Source: Azolla caroliniana | Lineage: Eukaryota > Plantae > Polypodiophyta | DNA length: 64,000 bases | Direction: 5' to 3' | Assembly: GCA_043228905.1 (NCBI GenBank) | Contig: JBHGNT010000021.1 | Coordinates: 6,944,001 to 7,008,000, forward strand | Shown here: positions 50,212-63,524 of the stretch, one piece after another | Layout: each line of letters begins with the position of its first letter | How positions within the stretch are numbered: position 1 is the first letter of the stretch | Program-made: the position numbers and the translations under genes | Notes under the pieces: model-generated | Seen by the model: only the letters and a program-made list of their open reading frames with translations | The model's database searches: none | Told to the model about the DNA's origin: nothing

Positions 50212-53200
50212 TTACACATCCGTAGGTCCCTTCGGACCCTTACCGTTTTCCTTACTGGTTGCCGTGTCTTCCTTCGTCTCTGCTACGGGTTCCCCGTCGT
50301 CTTTTTCCTCCGGATCGATCCGTACCGATCCCGAACAGGTTCCCGGTATAGTGCCAGTTTGCTGCATAAACGGGTTCTTTGGCATTGGTCCTTTATAGGG
50401 CTTTAGTCGAAATCCGTTCACCCACTTGCCTAGTACTTCACCGGCAAGTGTCCCTATCTGATAGGACCCGTTGTATTCCCTTGTCAGCCAATACGGGCCT
50501 GTCCATCTGAACCGGAGTTTACCCGGCATCTTGCCCATCCTTGTTTGGAATACTAGCACCGGCTTTCCGATTTCGAACATCTTCTCATTACCTTTCCGGT
50601 GACGGTCAACGAACGCTTTCCGTCGTCGTTGCTCCAGTTCCATGTGTAGGATGCTGGCCAGCCGTTGCTCCTCCAGTTCGCATAGTGCTGCTAGCCGCAT
50701 TTCCTCCGACTTCTTTTCATTCAGCCGTTCTCGTAGTTGGATCCGTAAGCTTGGTACCTGAAATTCCACCGGCATGACCGCTTCTAAGCCGAATGCTAAC
50801 CGGAACGGTGTTGTCCGGATACTTGTTTTGTATGCCGTTCTGTACGCCCATAGCGCGCTATGGAGCTTTGTATCCCAGTCCGTCCGGTTTTCGTTGACGA
50901 TTTTGCGGAGAATGTTCTGCAGCGTTTTGTTGGTGGACTCCGCTAACCCGTTCGCCTGTGGGTAGTACGGTGTGCTCCGTTTATGAACCACGGCATAGAA
51001 CGTTGTTAAGCTTTCCACTACCTGGCCGAGGAAATGCCCTCCTTGGTCGCTGATCAATTCAATCGGACATCCATATCGGCACCAAATGTTCTCGTACAGG
51101 AATTTTGCTGTGGATGACGCGGTGTTGTCTCTCAGGGCCTTAGCTTCCACCCATTTCGTGCAATAATCCGTTGCCACGATGACATAACGATTACCCGTTC
51201 TCATTGCCGGTGGCTTGAACGGTCCGACAAAATCCAATCCCCACTTCTGGAATGGCTCTAGTGGAAGTACCGGTTGGTGTGGCATCCGTGCTTGCTCCGT
51301 AGGCTGGCCCATTCGTTGGCATAGGTCACATTCCTTAGCATACTTGACGGCGTCTTTTAACGTCGTGGGCCACCAGAAGCCGCTCTGCCATACTTTCCTC
51401 GCCGTCGCTTCCCCGGCATAGTGTCCTCCGGCAACCCCACAGTGTGCTTCCCGTAAGATTACTTCTTTCTCGTCACTTCGGACTGCCCGTCTCCATATTC
51501 CATCTGCTCCCTTGTGGTAGAGAGTGTCCCGTAATAGACAGAAATTGCGGCTCTGCACCGCTAGTCGTTTCCTCTCGTCCCGGTTCATTTCCTCCGGTGG
51601 CAGGCCCGTGCTTAGGAACTGGTGCATGTTTGTCAGCCACCTATCTTCTGATGCCACCGTGTCGTCCGCTGCCGTTTCCGGGGTGATACGGAATAACTCT
51701 GCGTCCGGGAATTCATCCGCTACTCCGTCGCCTGGTTCTCCGGACTCTAATCGGCTTAGATAGTCTGCTACGGCATGCTGGATACCGGGCCGGTGGAAAA
51801 TCTCGAATTCGAACTCCTGCAACAGCAAGGTCCAACGGGCCAACTTACCGGTCAGGGACGCCTTGGACACTAAGTACAGGAGCGCCGAGTGGTCCACATG
51901 AAAGGAGAACTTCCTTCCCAATAGGTAATGCCGAAACTTTGTTACACTGTAGATCATGCCCAGGGCCTCCCGTTCCGTCGTTGAATAGTTCTTCTCCGCT
52001 TGGGACAGCTTCCGGCTGGCGTAATATACCGGCCGGTACCATTTGGGCTCCGTAAGTTGCATTAAGGCGCTGCCGATAGCGATGTCGGACGCGTCCACGA
52101 ACACGTGAAATTCCTTGCTCCAATCCGGAGGCTGCACGACGGGTGCTTGCGATAAAAGTACCTTCAGGGCATTGTATGCCTTATCCTCCGTATCCGTCCA
52201 TTGGAACGGTGTCCGATGTACCGCGGTGTGTAATGGTGTAGCCAAGTCAGCCAAGTGACGGAGCATCCGGCTGTGCCACCGGATCTGTCCTAAGAATCGG
52301 CTTAGTGCTTTGGCCGTTTTCGGCGCCGGTGCAATGCCGCAATGCCCTCCTTACTTACAATGTGTCCCAACAATATTCCACTTGAAACCCCAAAGATGCA
52401 TTTTGCTGGGTTTAAGCTTAGCCGGTATAACCTACACTTTTCAAGGCATAACCGTAGGTGCTGCAAATGGTCTTTTCCCCGGCTATAGACTGCAAAATCA
52501 TCCAGGAAAACTTGCATGAAGGCAGGAATGTATTCGCCGAAGATCTCCATGATGATTCGCTGGAAAGTTGCTGGTGCCGTTTTTAGGCCGAACATCATGA
52601 CTTCGGCCACAAACACCCCCCATTCGGTGACGAACGCTGTCTTCTCCTGGTCGTCGGGGTGCATCCGGATTTGATTGTATCCGCTGAAGCCGTCTAAAAA
52701 GCTATAAACGTCATGGCCGGCGACGGCATCCAGTACTCCATCCGTGAACGGAAGAGGGAATGCATCCGTAATTGTGGCGGCATTTAGTTTCCTGTAATCT
52801 ACACACACACGGATTTTACCGTTCTTCTTTGGGACGACGACGATGGGGCTCAGCCACGTCACTTTCTTTACCGGCCGGATGAAGCCCACTCTTAGGAGTT
52901 TGTCGATTTCCTCCTTCACTTTGGCGGCGTAGTTGGGGTTCATTCGGTATCGTCTTTGCGCCACTGGTTTCGCGTCCTTGCCTAAGTGGATTTGATGCTG
53001 ATATAATTGAGGGTCCAGCCCTCGCATGTCTTCGTATGACCAGGCGAATACGTCGCGAAACTCCGTGAGAAGTTTGATCATCGCCGCTTTATCTTCCGGC
53101 TTCATTTCTTTGGCGATGTGTACCGGCTTTGATTCGTCCTTGCTTCCTAGGTTCACTTCGTCGAGCTGGGATGCTTTTACCCGTTGGGAAACGGCCATTT

Positions 53201-56048
53201 CCCGTTCCAACGCTTCCTGTGCTTGCCGTAATTCCCGAATCGCATCTTTGTCTGGTTCGGCTTCGGTGTCGTCCCGCTGCGGCAAGTATGCGACTACGGC
53301 TTCAGCTACGTCAATCTCGAAGAGTGGTACGATCTTCGGATGTTCCTCCAAGTACTGGGCTTCTTCGTCGTCTGCCAATCCTTCAAGCATGTTCACACAT
53401 TCCGCATACAGCGGTGTGCATTCCTTACCGTTGCTCGTCCGTGGTTGTGTCGGTACCCGGACCTTGGCTTTTCCGCGCCGGAAGGTAATCATATTTTTTC
53501 GCCAATTTTGCTTGATGTGTGCTGTTTTCAACCATGGTCTGCCCAGCAGCAGTGGGTACGCGCCTTGCGCCTGTAGCTGCAGCACTACAGCCGAGATGTG
53601 AAATGTGTGGCCTCCTATGGTGACTTCCAATTTCCGTATTAAGCCCGTCGGCCGTACAGAGCTCGTATCCGCCATCCGTAGCCAGAACGGACATGGCTCC
53701 CATTCATGTATACCCAAGGCATCACACGTGCGAAGGCTTATTACGTTCACTCCGGAACCTCCATCGATTACTGTGCCGGGAAGTTCGTGCCCTTTGACAA
53801 TAGCTGTGATCACCGGACTACTAGTGTCCACCACCGTCGGTCCCTCCTCCGGATTCGAGAAAAGGACTGGTGCCGGTGGAGCTATACCGTCTGTCATGAC
53901 CGTTTTTAGTCCTTCTGTGAATCGCGGCACGAGCTGCAAGAGTCTTCCTAATGGTAACGTGATCTGACATTCTTGTAGTGCTTGCCATGTCTCGTTTTCT
54001 GGGTGGCTACCGCCGGCACTCCCTATGGTCTTCGCCTTTTGCCGTTCCGCGTCCGCGACGTTTCTTTCATTGGCTTCCTTCACCCATTCCGTCGCCTGTT
54101 TTCGTATGGCCTCTTGTGTTTCCCATTCTTTGGCCATGCCTTTCGACCGTGTGGTTACTTGCTGTAAATCCGCCACTTCCGGAACCACCATATTAACTGC
54201 TGGTCGTTTCTCGTAGCTCTTTACCGGGCACTGGTTACTGTAGTGGCCTTCTTGCCTGCAGTAGTAGCAGTACTCTTTACGGGTATTGCTGGATTCAACA
54301 TTGCTGGTAGCCGGAGTCGGTCCCGTAGCGAGTGGTGCGTTCTGTGCCGGTTGGCTCCTTGGGGTTCCATGTTCCGGGTCCCTAGGGTGACCACCTTTCT
54401 TGAAATTACGTTTCTTATTATTCTTATGTTTATTTCGGTAGTCCGGTCGTGGTGGATCGTAAAATCGGCCGTAGTCCTCCTGGTGCCTTCGGTAACCAGG
54501 GGAATGGTCTCTGTCGTATTGCTCGTGTCGCCTGTTGGGCTCTCGATAACGGTCCGATCGCTCATACCGGTCGTAGTTATCACGCCGATTCCCGTACCGG
54601 CCATCATTCTCTTGCCTGTCTCCGTACCGGACATCCTGTGCCGGTCGGTACCGGTTCATTTTTTGCCAACGATCTTCATCTTCGTCTTGGCTGCTTCTTG
54701 GCTCGATCCGTCGGACGGGTGGTGCTTGTCGGTTTAACAGGTTATACTCGCACCGGTCCGTTGTATGACTCTTGGATTGACAAATCACACACTGAGTGCG
54801 CATGGTGCACTCTACTGCCGAGTGTCCGGCATTCAAGCAGATTGTGCATTGAATTGCCTGCCGGAACCGGAGATCTTCCTCGGTGGGTAACGCCCGTTGC
54901 AGTGTTCCCAGCGTAAGCCATGAGCTTGTCTTTTCCATTTCTCTGACCCGGTCAATGACCTGATCGATGGTGCATCCTCGAAAGTCGATCACCGTACACA
55001 CCGTGCGTAACGGTTCCCGGAGTGCGTTTAAAAATATCGTCCGTAATTCCTCCTCCGGGGGTGCACGGGCAAGCTGGCTATGCATCCGTTGGAAACGGAT
55101 GACGAATTGGGGAATGCTTTCCCCTGCCTCCTGCCGGATCGTATAAAACAGGCCCACCATTGTCGTCTGGTCGACCTCCTTGTGGAAAAAATGCAAGAAT
55201 TTTGCTTTTAATTCTGCAAATGTTGTGATGGTCGCCGGGTCCTGCGACCGCCGCCATCGTGTCGCTGGTCCCTCCAACGTGACTCCGAATTCCGCTATCT
55301 TCGAGCGTTCTTCTTCCTCCGGTGTCATTCGCTGGGACGTGTGATTTGCTTCCCATGTCTGCTCGAAGTCATCCACATGCGCTTCCGCATCCGGATCATC
55401 GCGGTACTTTGAGTATTGGAACGGCATGTCGTCGTCCAGTATTAAGCCGCGGTTTAGTGGCGTTTGTTGATATTTTTCCGGTTCTTTCTCCGGTTCCACT
55501 TCCGGTTCTTTTGCCGGTGCTTTTTCCGGTTCTTTTTCCGGCTCTTTTTCCGGTCCCTTTGCCGGCTCTTTCGTTGGTGTTGGTGGCTTTGCTTCTTCCA
55601 CTTCCGGTGTTGGTGGGTTGACGGCTTCCGTTTGTGGTTCCGGATAGCCCTGGTTGAGCGGTTCCGGTTCTGGAGTCGGCACGTTATCCGACCCGTCATC
55701 TTCCGGGCCGCCGGGGGTATCGTTGCTGCTCCGGTAGTTCGTGTGCACGCTGTATCCCCCTTCGGAATCCGATTCGTAGGCTGAAAAGGCTTCTGCCTCG
55801 TTTTCTCCGCTTGCCAGCGCCTCCAGGAGTCGTTCGGTTTCCCGGAGACTACTTAGACTGCTTCCGTCGTCCTGGTCGCGAGTTTGCCGTAACCGGAGAG
55901 ATTCCTCCGCGACTCTCCGGATCTCGTTGGAGAACGAACGATCCGAGCGAATTTCCTGCGCTGCTTGCTGGAAAGTCTCACGCCGTCTTTGCCGTTCGGC
56001 GATGCGTCGAGCTCGGTCTGTAACCAAGTCGTGCGTTGGTCTAGTCAT
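50212..56048 (-). pseudogene. Gypsy C gag-pol (Gag, 3 CCHC, PR DGGS, RT FLDD, RNase H, IN with GPY), broken by an indel at ~52330-52346
   Basis: ORFs 52302..56048 and 50212..52266 give the PR-RT-RH-IN order; no chromodomain. Confidence 0.93.
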
Positions 56049-59000
56049 CCATTACCGTCGTTCGCTGCGAGAAAGCAGGAATCGTGGTCGCCAAAACTGT
56101 GTTATTCTCTAGCCGGACAAGGCCTAACACAAGGTGTCACGGAGACACTTCACCAAAGGGTGATTACGGCATAGGATTAAGATTCAACGATTACACCGAC
56201 TTACATAGGTTACACGATTAGAATGCTTCGGTTAATTACACGTGTAAGATATCACAGTAATTACAGAACGGAAATCAAGACAGAAGTATAAAAAACATAA
56301 GCTCTATTAATTATCCGCTGTCATTACAATGGGGTCCGGGCCTTTAAATAGGTTTCCGGCCCGTAGTACAAAACGGTGCCTCTCGCACCTATTCGGGATC
56401 CGTCCGGATCTGGAACGGCATACCGTTTCCAGTCCGTCCGTCCACACTATGCTCATTTACAACCATATCTAATTAATTCCTTCACTCCGTATTTTGGACT
56501 CCTTGCCGGCCGGTAACATCACATGGCGGAGCCCAGTACTTCGTGACATTCATTGATGACCACAGCCGGAAGCTGTGGACGGCACCGTTGAAGACAAAGG
56601 ACCAAGTGTTGTGCGTCTTCAAAGAACTCCATGCAAGAGTGGAAAGGGAATCCGGCAAGAAGCTGAAAGCGATACGAGCGGATAACGGAGGGGAATACCG
56701 GGGGCAGTTCGAGGAGTACTGTCGCTCGAAGGGAATCCGGCTCGAGTTTACTGTGCCGAAGACGCCGGAACTGAACGGGCTGGCCGAGAGGATGAACCGG
56801 ACCATAATGGAGAGGGTCCGGAGTATGCTGGCGCATGCGAAATTACCCAAGGGGTTTTGGGCTGAGGCAATGTCGACGGCGACATACGTGATAAACAGAT
56901 CACCCTCAGTACCTTTGGACGGAGACACGCCGCAGAGAGTGTGGACCGGTAGGGAAGTATCCTACCGGCATCTGAAGGTGTTCGGGTGTCTCGCATATGT
57001 GCATGTGGCAAAGGACCGGAGAGGAAAGCTAGATCCAAAGACCCGGCCATGCATATTCCTCGGTTACGGCGATGACGAGTTCGGCTACCGAGTATGGGAC
57101 CCGGTCGACAAAAAGATATTCCGGAGTCGTGATATCATCTTCATGGAGGACAAGACACTCGCCGACTGGGAGTCGGAGAAGAAGATGAAGAGCTCCAAGT
57201 CGACCGGTGAGGATCAACTCTACGAGGAGCAGTCCCGACCGGCAAGGGACCGGTTAGCACTCGAGGATCCGGCCGAAGACGGTGAAGAAACAGAACCGGC
57301 CGAGGAAGATGAAACTGATACCGGAACCGGCCCCGATCCCGGAATGGATTCGGATGAAGAGGAAACGGAGGAGCCGGTTACCGAAGCTCCGGAACGGAGA
57401 TATCCTCTAAGAGAGAGAAGGGCCCCCCGGAGATTTCCGGAACCAGAGCACGTGCTGCTAACCGACGAGGGGGAGCCGGAGAGTTTTGAAGAAGCAAAGC
57501 TTGACACCCATAGCCGCAGGTGGTTAAGTGCCATGCAGGAGGAGATGGATTCCCTGCATGAGAACCACACATATGAACTTGTGGAGTTGCCGAAAGGAAA
57601 GCGGGCACTTCGAAACAAGTGGGTGTTCAAGCTGAAACCGGGAGATGCCGGAAACCCCCCGAGATACAAAGCCAGGATCGTGGTGAAGGGGTTCCAGCAG
57701 AAGAAGGGCGTCGACTTCGACGAGATATTTGCCCCGGTAGTGAAGATGACCTCCATCTGGACGGTGCTGAGCATAGCGGCAAGCATGGACCTCGAGGTAG
57801 AACAGATGGACGTGAAGACGACATTCCTTCACGGTGACCTCGAAGAAGAGATCTACATGCAGCAACCGGAAGGATTCGAGAAGAAAGGGAAGGAGCACCT
57901 GGTATGCCGGTTGAAGAAGAGCCTTTACGGACTGAAGCAGGCTCCCCGGCAGTGGTACCGGAAGTTCGACTCCTTCATGACCGACGAAGGGTACCACAAA
58001 ACGCAGTCCGATCACTGCGTGTTTGTGAAGAAGTTCGAAGGGGGAGACTTTCTAATACTCCTCCTGTACGTGGACGACATGTTGATCGTTGGACGGGACC
58101 AGGTCAAGATACAGATGCTGAAGAAAGCGCTTCACCGAACTTTCTCAATGAAGGACCTGGGTCCGGCGAGGCAAATACTAGGGATGCACATCATCCGGGA
58201 CCGGAAGAAGAAGCAGTTGTGGCTGTCATAGGAGAAGTACGTGACAAAGGTGCTTCACCGGTTCAACATGTCGGAAGCAAGACCGGTCGGGTCGACCCTC
58301 CCGGCAAACTGCAAGTTATCCGGCAAGCAAAGTCCCAAGACAAAAGTTGAAAAGGAGGATATGATGAAGATACCATATGCCTCTACCGTCGGGAGCTTGA
58401 TGTACGCAATGGTGTGTACCCGACCGGACATTGGATACGCAGTCGGAGTGGTGAGCCGGTATATGAGTAATCCCGGCAAGGAGCACTGGAACGCGGTCAA
58501 ATGGATACTCCGATACTTAAAGGGCACTTCGAACATGTGCCTCCGATTCGGCTTCGGTAAGCCCGAACTCGATGGATTTACCGATTCGGACATGTCGGCT
58601 GATGCGGATACCAGCCGGTCTACATCTGGGTATGTAATGACATATGCAGGGGGAGCCGTTTCGTGGCAGTCGAGGTTGCAGAAGACGGTTGCGTTGTCAA
58701 CCACGGAGGTGGAGTACATGGCGACTGTTGAAGCCGGTAAGGAAATAATATGGATGAAGGACTTCATTAGAGAGCTCGGTATCCGGCAGGAGGAGTACCG
58801 ACTCTACTGCGATAGTCAGAGTGCCATCCACCTTGCGAAGAACGCGGCCTACCATTCCCGGACGAAACACATCCAGCGTGGATACCACTGGATTCGGGAA
58901 AGGATAGAAGACAAGGAGTTCGTGCTGACGAAGATCCACACGGACGAGAACGGGTCGGATATGCTGACCAAAGTGCTCACACCCGACAAGCTGGAAGCAT

Positions 59001-59405
59001 GCCGGAAGAGGATCGGACTGGAGAGACATCCCATGCCGAAGTGAAGGGGGAGTTTGTTGGGATTTCGGTCCCTTCGGATGGGATGTTCGGAGATGAATGA
59101 CGGCAAGCCCGGTTGCGGTTACGAAACCGGAGGATGAAGAGTACCCGGCATGAAGCCGGATGAAGAGTACCCGGTTACGGATCCGGAGGATGAAGAGTAC
59201 CCGACTACGGAGCCGGATGACGAATGTACCCGGAGAGAGATCCGGATGCGGGGACATATTTGTGAATATGTTTGCCAAGGGCCCTTGAGGCTATATTTGT
59301 AAATAGCCCGAAAGTCATATGTGTATAAATATGACTTAGGGCAAACAGTTTTGTAGTTGTTACTCATTTTTCTGGTTTTCCACTTAGTGGGAGCTAAGTG
59401 AGCAG

Positions 59406-59442
<37 letters not shown>

Positions 59443-61973
59443 GAAGAGGTCGTTGCCTCTGTGTATTACCGCCGCCTGTGGCGAAGACAGTGAGCTCAAG
59501 GTTGTTGCCTTGTAGCTTCACCATTGTACATCTCTGTGTATAGTGATAGTTGGAGTTTGAGGACTCCCGTGGTTTTTCCCACTTAGGGTTTTCCACGTAA
59601 AATATCCTGTGTACTCTTCTCTCTATTGTCTTCGTGCATTTTTGTATTTCCTGTTTTCTGTGAGTTGATCCTATTCCTCGGTTGTGGCCGAGCACTGTGT
59701 TTAACAATTTCGGCCAATGCGGCATAGTGCATCGCATCCACATGAGTCACCTCGGCATCTTCCATGGTTTTCTTCATTCCCCCTCTCCCGAAATTCACCC
59801 TTAGGGCTCTTCTAGTCTAACTTGAGTAGATCATGTTGTCATCCATGCATACGATATTTTGTCCAATGGCTTCTCGAAGGCTCGCGCAATCCCTTCTCAT
59901 GTGGTCCATGCTATCGCACCACACGCATCTAAAGGGTTCTTTTCATTTGGGCCCCCAAGGATTCATGTTCGCTAGCGTGCTCGTCTCAAATTTCTTCGCC
60001 AGATCTTTGATGATGTCGTCATCAATCTTCTTTTCTTCCACGTTACTTTTCTTCTTTCGGTTGTCTCGTTTTCTCCATGACAGTTGATCCTGCCAAGTCG
60101 GTGTCATCAACCCACTAACGACGCTTGTCAAGCCTATTGCACGCTCGCTTCACCGCAATCTAGTCTGTTACAAGCCCGTTTGCTTGGGTATCATCTTCGA
60201 GAAGAGTCCCCAATTCTCGTCTATCATTTATGTCCACAGCTTTCAGGAAGTACAAAGTCTTTTCCTCAAGCAACACTTGGTCCGTGTTGGGGAGACGACT
60301 AAACATCTGGTCGAATTCTTCGTACACCCTCGAGGCGCTCATCTTCTTATTTTTCTTTTCTATCCTCTTCATCAAGACATGTCGAGTCATCCTCTACAAA
60401 TCTTCCGTCGCGAACTCCGCTAATATTGCTCTCTCGAACTCGAACCATGTTGTCTTGCCTTCTTGAAGCTCGATGACGCGTCTTTGGATGTTGTTGGCGA
60501 CCACTCTCTTGAAACTTGTAATTTGACGCGCTTCAGACACATCCCTTTGATTCATCTCCCTTTTGTATGCATCAAGGAACTTTGTAATGTTCCTTCCATC
60601 AACTTGACCCTCGAGCTCCACGACACGGTCAACGACCTTCTCCACGCTCGCATCGTTGTCCCGAGATCTCATCATTTGTTCGACAATTAGCATCATCCTT
60701 TCAAACTCTCCCGCTTGATTGCTTGAGGATGCCATCTCCATGTATCGGTCGATCCTCAACTTGATCCTTCCTACCGCCTCTTTCACGTCGGGTTCACCAC
60801 TTAATTATGTCGTGAAAATCTGTCACTATGTGCGGATCGTGAGGCAGAACCGTCGGGGTTTTGAACCAAAAGGATTTGATGTTTGTACTAGCTTTAGCGA
60901 GAAACTATTTAAGAGAGATTGAGAGAGATTGATATGGAGAAAGAGAGAGATTGAGATAGAGATTAAATGCTTAACTTTAGATTTGAGAGACAATATACAT
61001 CAACAATAGGATAACAAGTTTCTTATTTTTCCCAAATTTTTCATTAGTTTTCTCTTGCTTGATTCCTCCACTCTTTTATAGATGCCCCCATGCATATGGT
61101 GCATGTGAGGGTGCAAGACATGCACGTAATGCATGAAATGCATGTTTGCCATGTCATCATCTAAGCTCTCATGTATGAGAATTTACATGTAAAACGATCA
61201 AAGTAAAAACTTTTGAAGATATGACTTGGCTTAGTGGTAAGCCTATTGACTTTCAACTTGGAGGTGCAAGGTTCAAATTCTTACTTGCACCCTTTCGTAT
61301 ACAAATTTTCTTTTTACTAGGCTTTTTAGTCTTGTTTTTACAAATGTTTAAGTGCATATTACACCTTCACTTGACCTCCAAAGAATTAGACAATTTTGTT
61401 CGTTTCACATCGGAAAACTTCAAGACATCGTCGTCGCGATAAATCTACCCGCCTGGTCCATCCGATTCGCATCCCGAGCCGGTTTCGTCCGGTCAACATC
61501 CCGATCCAGTTCCGTCGCCTTCCGTCCGCCGGTCCGGTTCCGTCCGGTTCCGTCCAAAACCAATGAACTTGGCTGCATCCATTCGTCAAGTCATACAACT
61601 CAACCTTTCTATGCTCCAAACACATAGATATATTATGAAGAGATATTGGTCTGCTTATATACTCTGGGATCCTTATTTGTCTTGTCTATGTGAGATATCT
61701 CACAATTTTGTTTTTCTCTTCTTCTTCGCAATCTTTATACCCACATAACTTGACACTTAGTTGTCTTTTTCTTATGTAGTAAAGTGCATTCGAAAGCTCT
61801 TGAAGACCTCCATCTTTTCGTATCAAGATATTAAACTTATTTAGAATAGTATCTTCACTATTATTGTTTCATATCTTGTGAGAAGAACCACACTCAATTT
61901 TGTATGTTCCTCATAATTTACACACTATCGCCGAAAATCTTCACGACACCATTCGATTGGGAAGGGAGACCCA

Positions 61974-62712
61974 TTGGCCAACAACAACAACAAAATGGTT
62001 AATGTGGATCCTACTCACATGACAACATTTTGGAAATGGCTATGGGCTATTAAAATTCCAAAGAAAATTATTCTATTTAGATGGTTGATTGTTAATTATG
62101 CGGTTCTTGTTAGGGCTTGGATGTATTGTAAAGAAGTGGATAAGATGTGTGATTTTTGTGGGTTAGAAGTGGAGTCTCTTCATCACCTATTTTGGTCATG
62201 TATGGTTGCCAATTTGGTTTGGAAAAGATTTTTACGTCTCTTGCATGAGGTTTATGGCTCTAGAATATATAAATGGGGGGCAGTTATGTGGGCTAATATT
62301 AAGGGTGAGGTACAAGATTATGAAAAAGAAAATGTTAACTTTGCATTATATACAAGAGGTTGATATGTTGAGGAAGTGTCACCATATGTGCCTATTAATT
62401 CAGTCCAAAATGGCGTGGTTTTGGAGACGATTAGTTCAATAATCATATGGGTTTTGTGGACTAGTAGATGTCGAAGGATATTTCAGCAAATTCAATGGAA
62501 TGTTGTGGATGTAGTTAAGGAGATTTGGATGACCTTAGTGCATACACTAAAAGGAGAATATGATGCTATCAAAGGTGATCCAGATGTAGTCTGTCGAAAG
62601 CAAGAGGTTTTTAAGAAGAGAAGGGAAAGGATGGAGGTATTATGCATGGTTAATGATGGTATACGTTGGAGGTATCAGGCACCACTCTAGGTATTTCCTC
62701 CACCGACATGAG
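61974..62712 (+). mobile_element. L1-type LINE ORF2 3' end (zf-RVT)
   Basis: FWKWLWAIKIPKKIILFRW...CDFCGLEVESLHHLFWSC and IWVLWTSRCRRIF; in-frame stops present. Confidence 0.85.
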
Positions 62713-62784
62713 GCATGTGTCAATGTATAACTATTATTATTTATGCTTTGGGACATACATATGTCTATAACAATCCAAGAGTAG

Positions 62785-63480
62785 TTGAAAGGGACTATGC
62801 TGAATTTTGTGACCTATATTTTTACCTTGAAGGCATGCATAAGCCTAAAAGCTATTAGAAGAGGGCAAGAAATCCATAATGAGATCATTGAAAGGGAGCT
62901 TGATTCAGATCTGTGTCTTGTGGCTATTCTAGTTGATGCATATGCTAAATGTGGCATTTTTGAAGATGTTATTGCACTCATCAGACTACTATCAGCCAAA
63001 GACAATGTATCGTGGAATCCGTTTATTTCTGGTTATATTGAGAGCTTGTCGCATCACTGGATCTTTAGATAAGGCCCGAGAAATACACGATGATATTGTA
63101 AAAGCAGGTTTTCATATGGTTCAGTCTATTAGAAATAGCTTATTGATGCATGGGAAATTCATACAGATATTGTATGTAAGATATTTGAGGACGAACATTT
63201 TGTTGGTAACAGTTTGGTGGATTTGTATGCTAAATGGGGCTCAATGTTTGAATCACAGCATGTTCTCACTACAATATGTAGTCATATTGTTGTTTCATGA
63301 ATTGCCCTAATTTCAGGATATGTGGAACATGGACCTTCAGTAAAGGAAATGAACTATTTTGAAAAAATGCAAGTTGAAGTGAGAGATTGTGGCAATTTGA
63401 AGTCAAGTATTATTGGACAAAAGATACATATCCAGATCTTATTGGCAGGATATGAGAATGATAGGTTTATTGCTAGTGGA
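62785..63480 (+). pseudogene. PLS-class PPR gene fragments
   Basis: VTYIFTLKAC...GQEIHNEI...LVDAYAKCG...DNVSWNPFISGY and further broken motifs (LRACRITGSLDKAREIH, GQKIHIQI). Confidence 0.8.
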
Positions 63481-63524
63481 TGGCATGAATATAATTGGCA
63501 TGGCATCAATAAGAGATGTTATTG

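Larger units (their letters stand above)
46676..56518 (-). mobile_element. Ty3/gypsy element C (non-chromovirus, Athila/Tat-like), 9.8 kb
   Basis: 419-bp LTRs 46676-47094 and 56100-56518 with 3 differences by eye; TSD TCACA at 46671-46675 and 56519-56523; PBS TGGCGACCAC (tRNA-Arg-like) at ~56084-56093. Confidence 0.97.
45123..59044 (+). pseudogene. Copia B gag-pol polyprotein (45123..46675 + 56524..59044)
   Basis: Removing element C restores ETKSH-GGAQYFVTFIDD in frame. One premature TAG at 58229-58231 sits where element A has Gln (WLTQEKY). Confidence 0.92.
44378..59706 (+). mobile_element. Copia element B (Tnt1/Tork-like), full length, interrupted by gypsy C
   Basis: LTRs 44378-45091 and 59055-59706 (TG...CA); TSD ATTTC at 44373-44377 and 59707-59711; PBS TGGTATCAGAGC at 45095-45106; PPT GAAGGGGGAG before the 3' LTR. 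Confidence 0.97.
43881..61948 (-). mobile_element. Gypsy-like host element X: 5' LTR 60808-61948, tRNA-Trp PBS 60782-60799, broken gag at 60742-59707 and 44377-43881
   Basis: LTR ends TGTCGTGAA...TTCACGACA; PBS TGGTGAACCCGACGTGAA; gag with DGRNITKFL and CVWCDSMDHMRRDC knuckle. The gag is split by Copia B; pol and 3' LTR are missing. Confidence 0.8.

Noticed and set aside
52302-52350. Programmed ribosomal frameshift in gypsy C
   Set aside because: Lies within RT, conserved residues are deleted, and there is no slippery heptamer.
58229-58231. Stop-codon readthrough or U-to-C editing in Copia B RT
   Set aside because: A simple C-to-T change from a Gln codon explains it; sister element A has Gln here.
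45168-59278. Numerous antisense and alternate-frame ORFs within the retroelements
   Set aside because: Shadow ORFs of GC-rich coding sequence with no recognisable domains.
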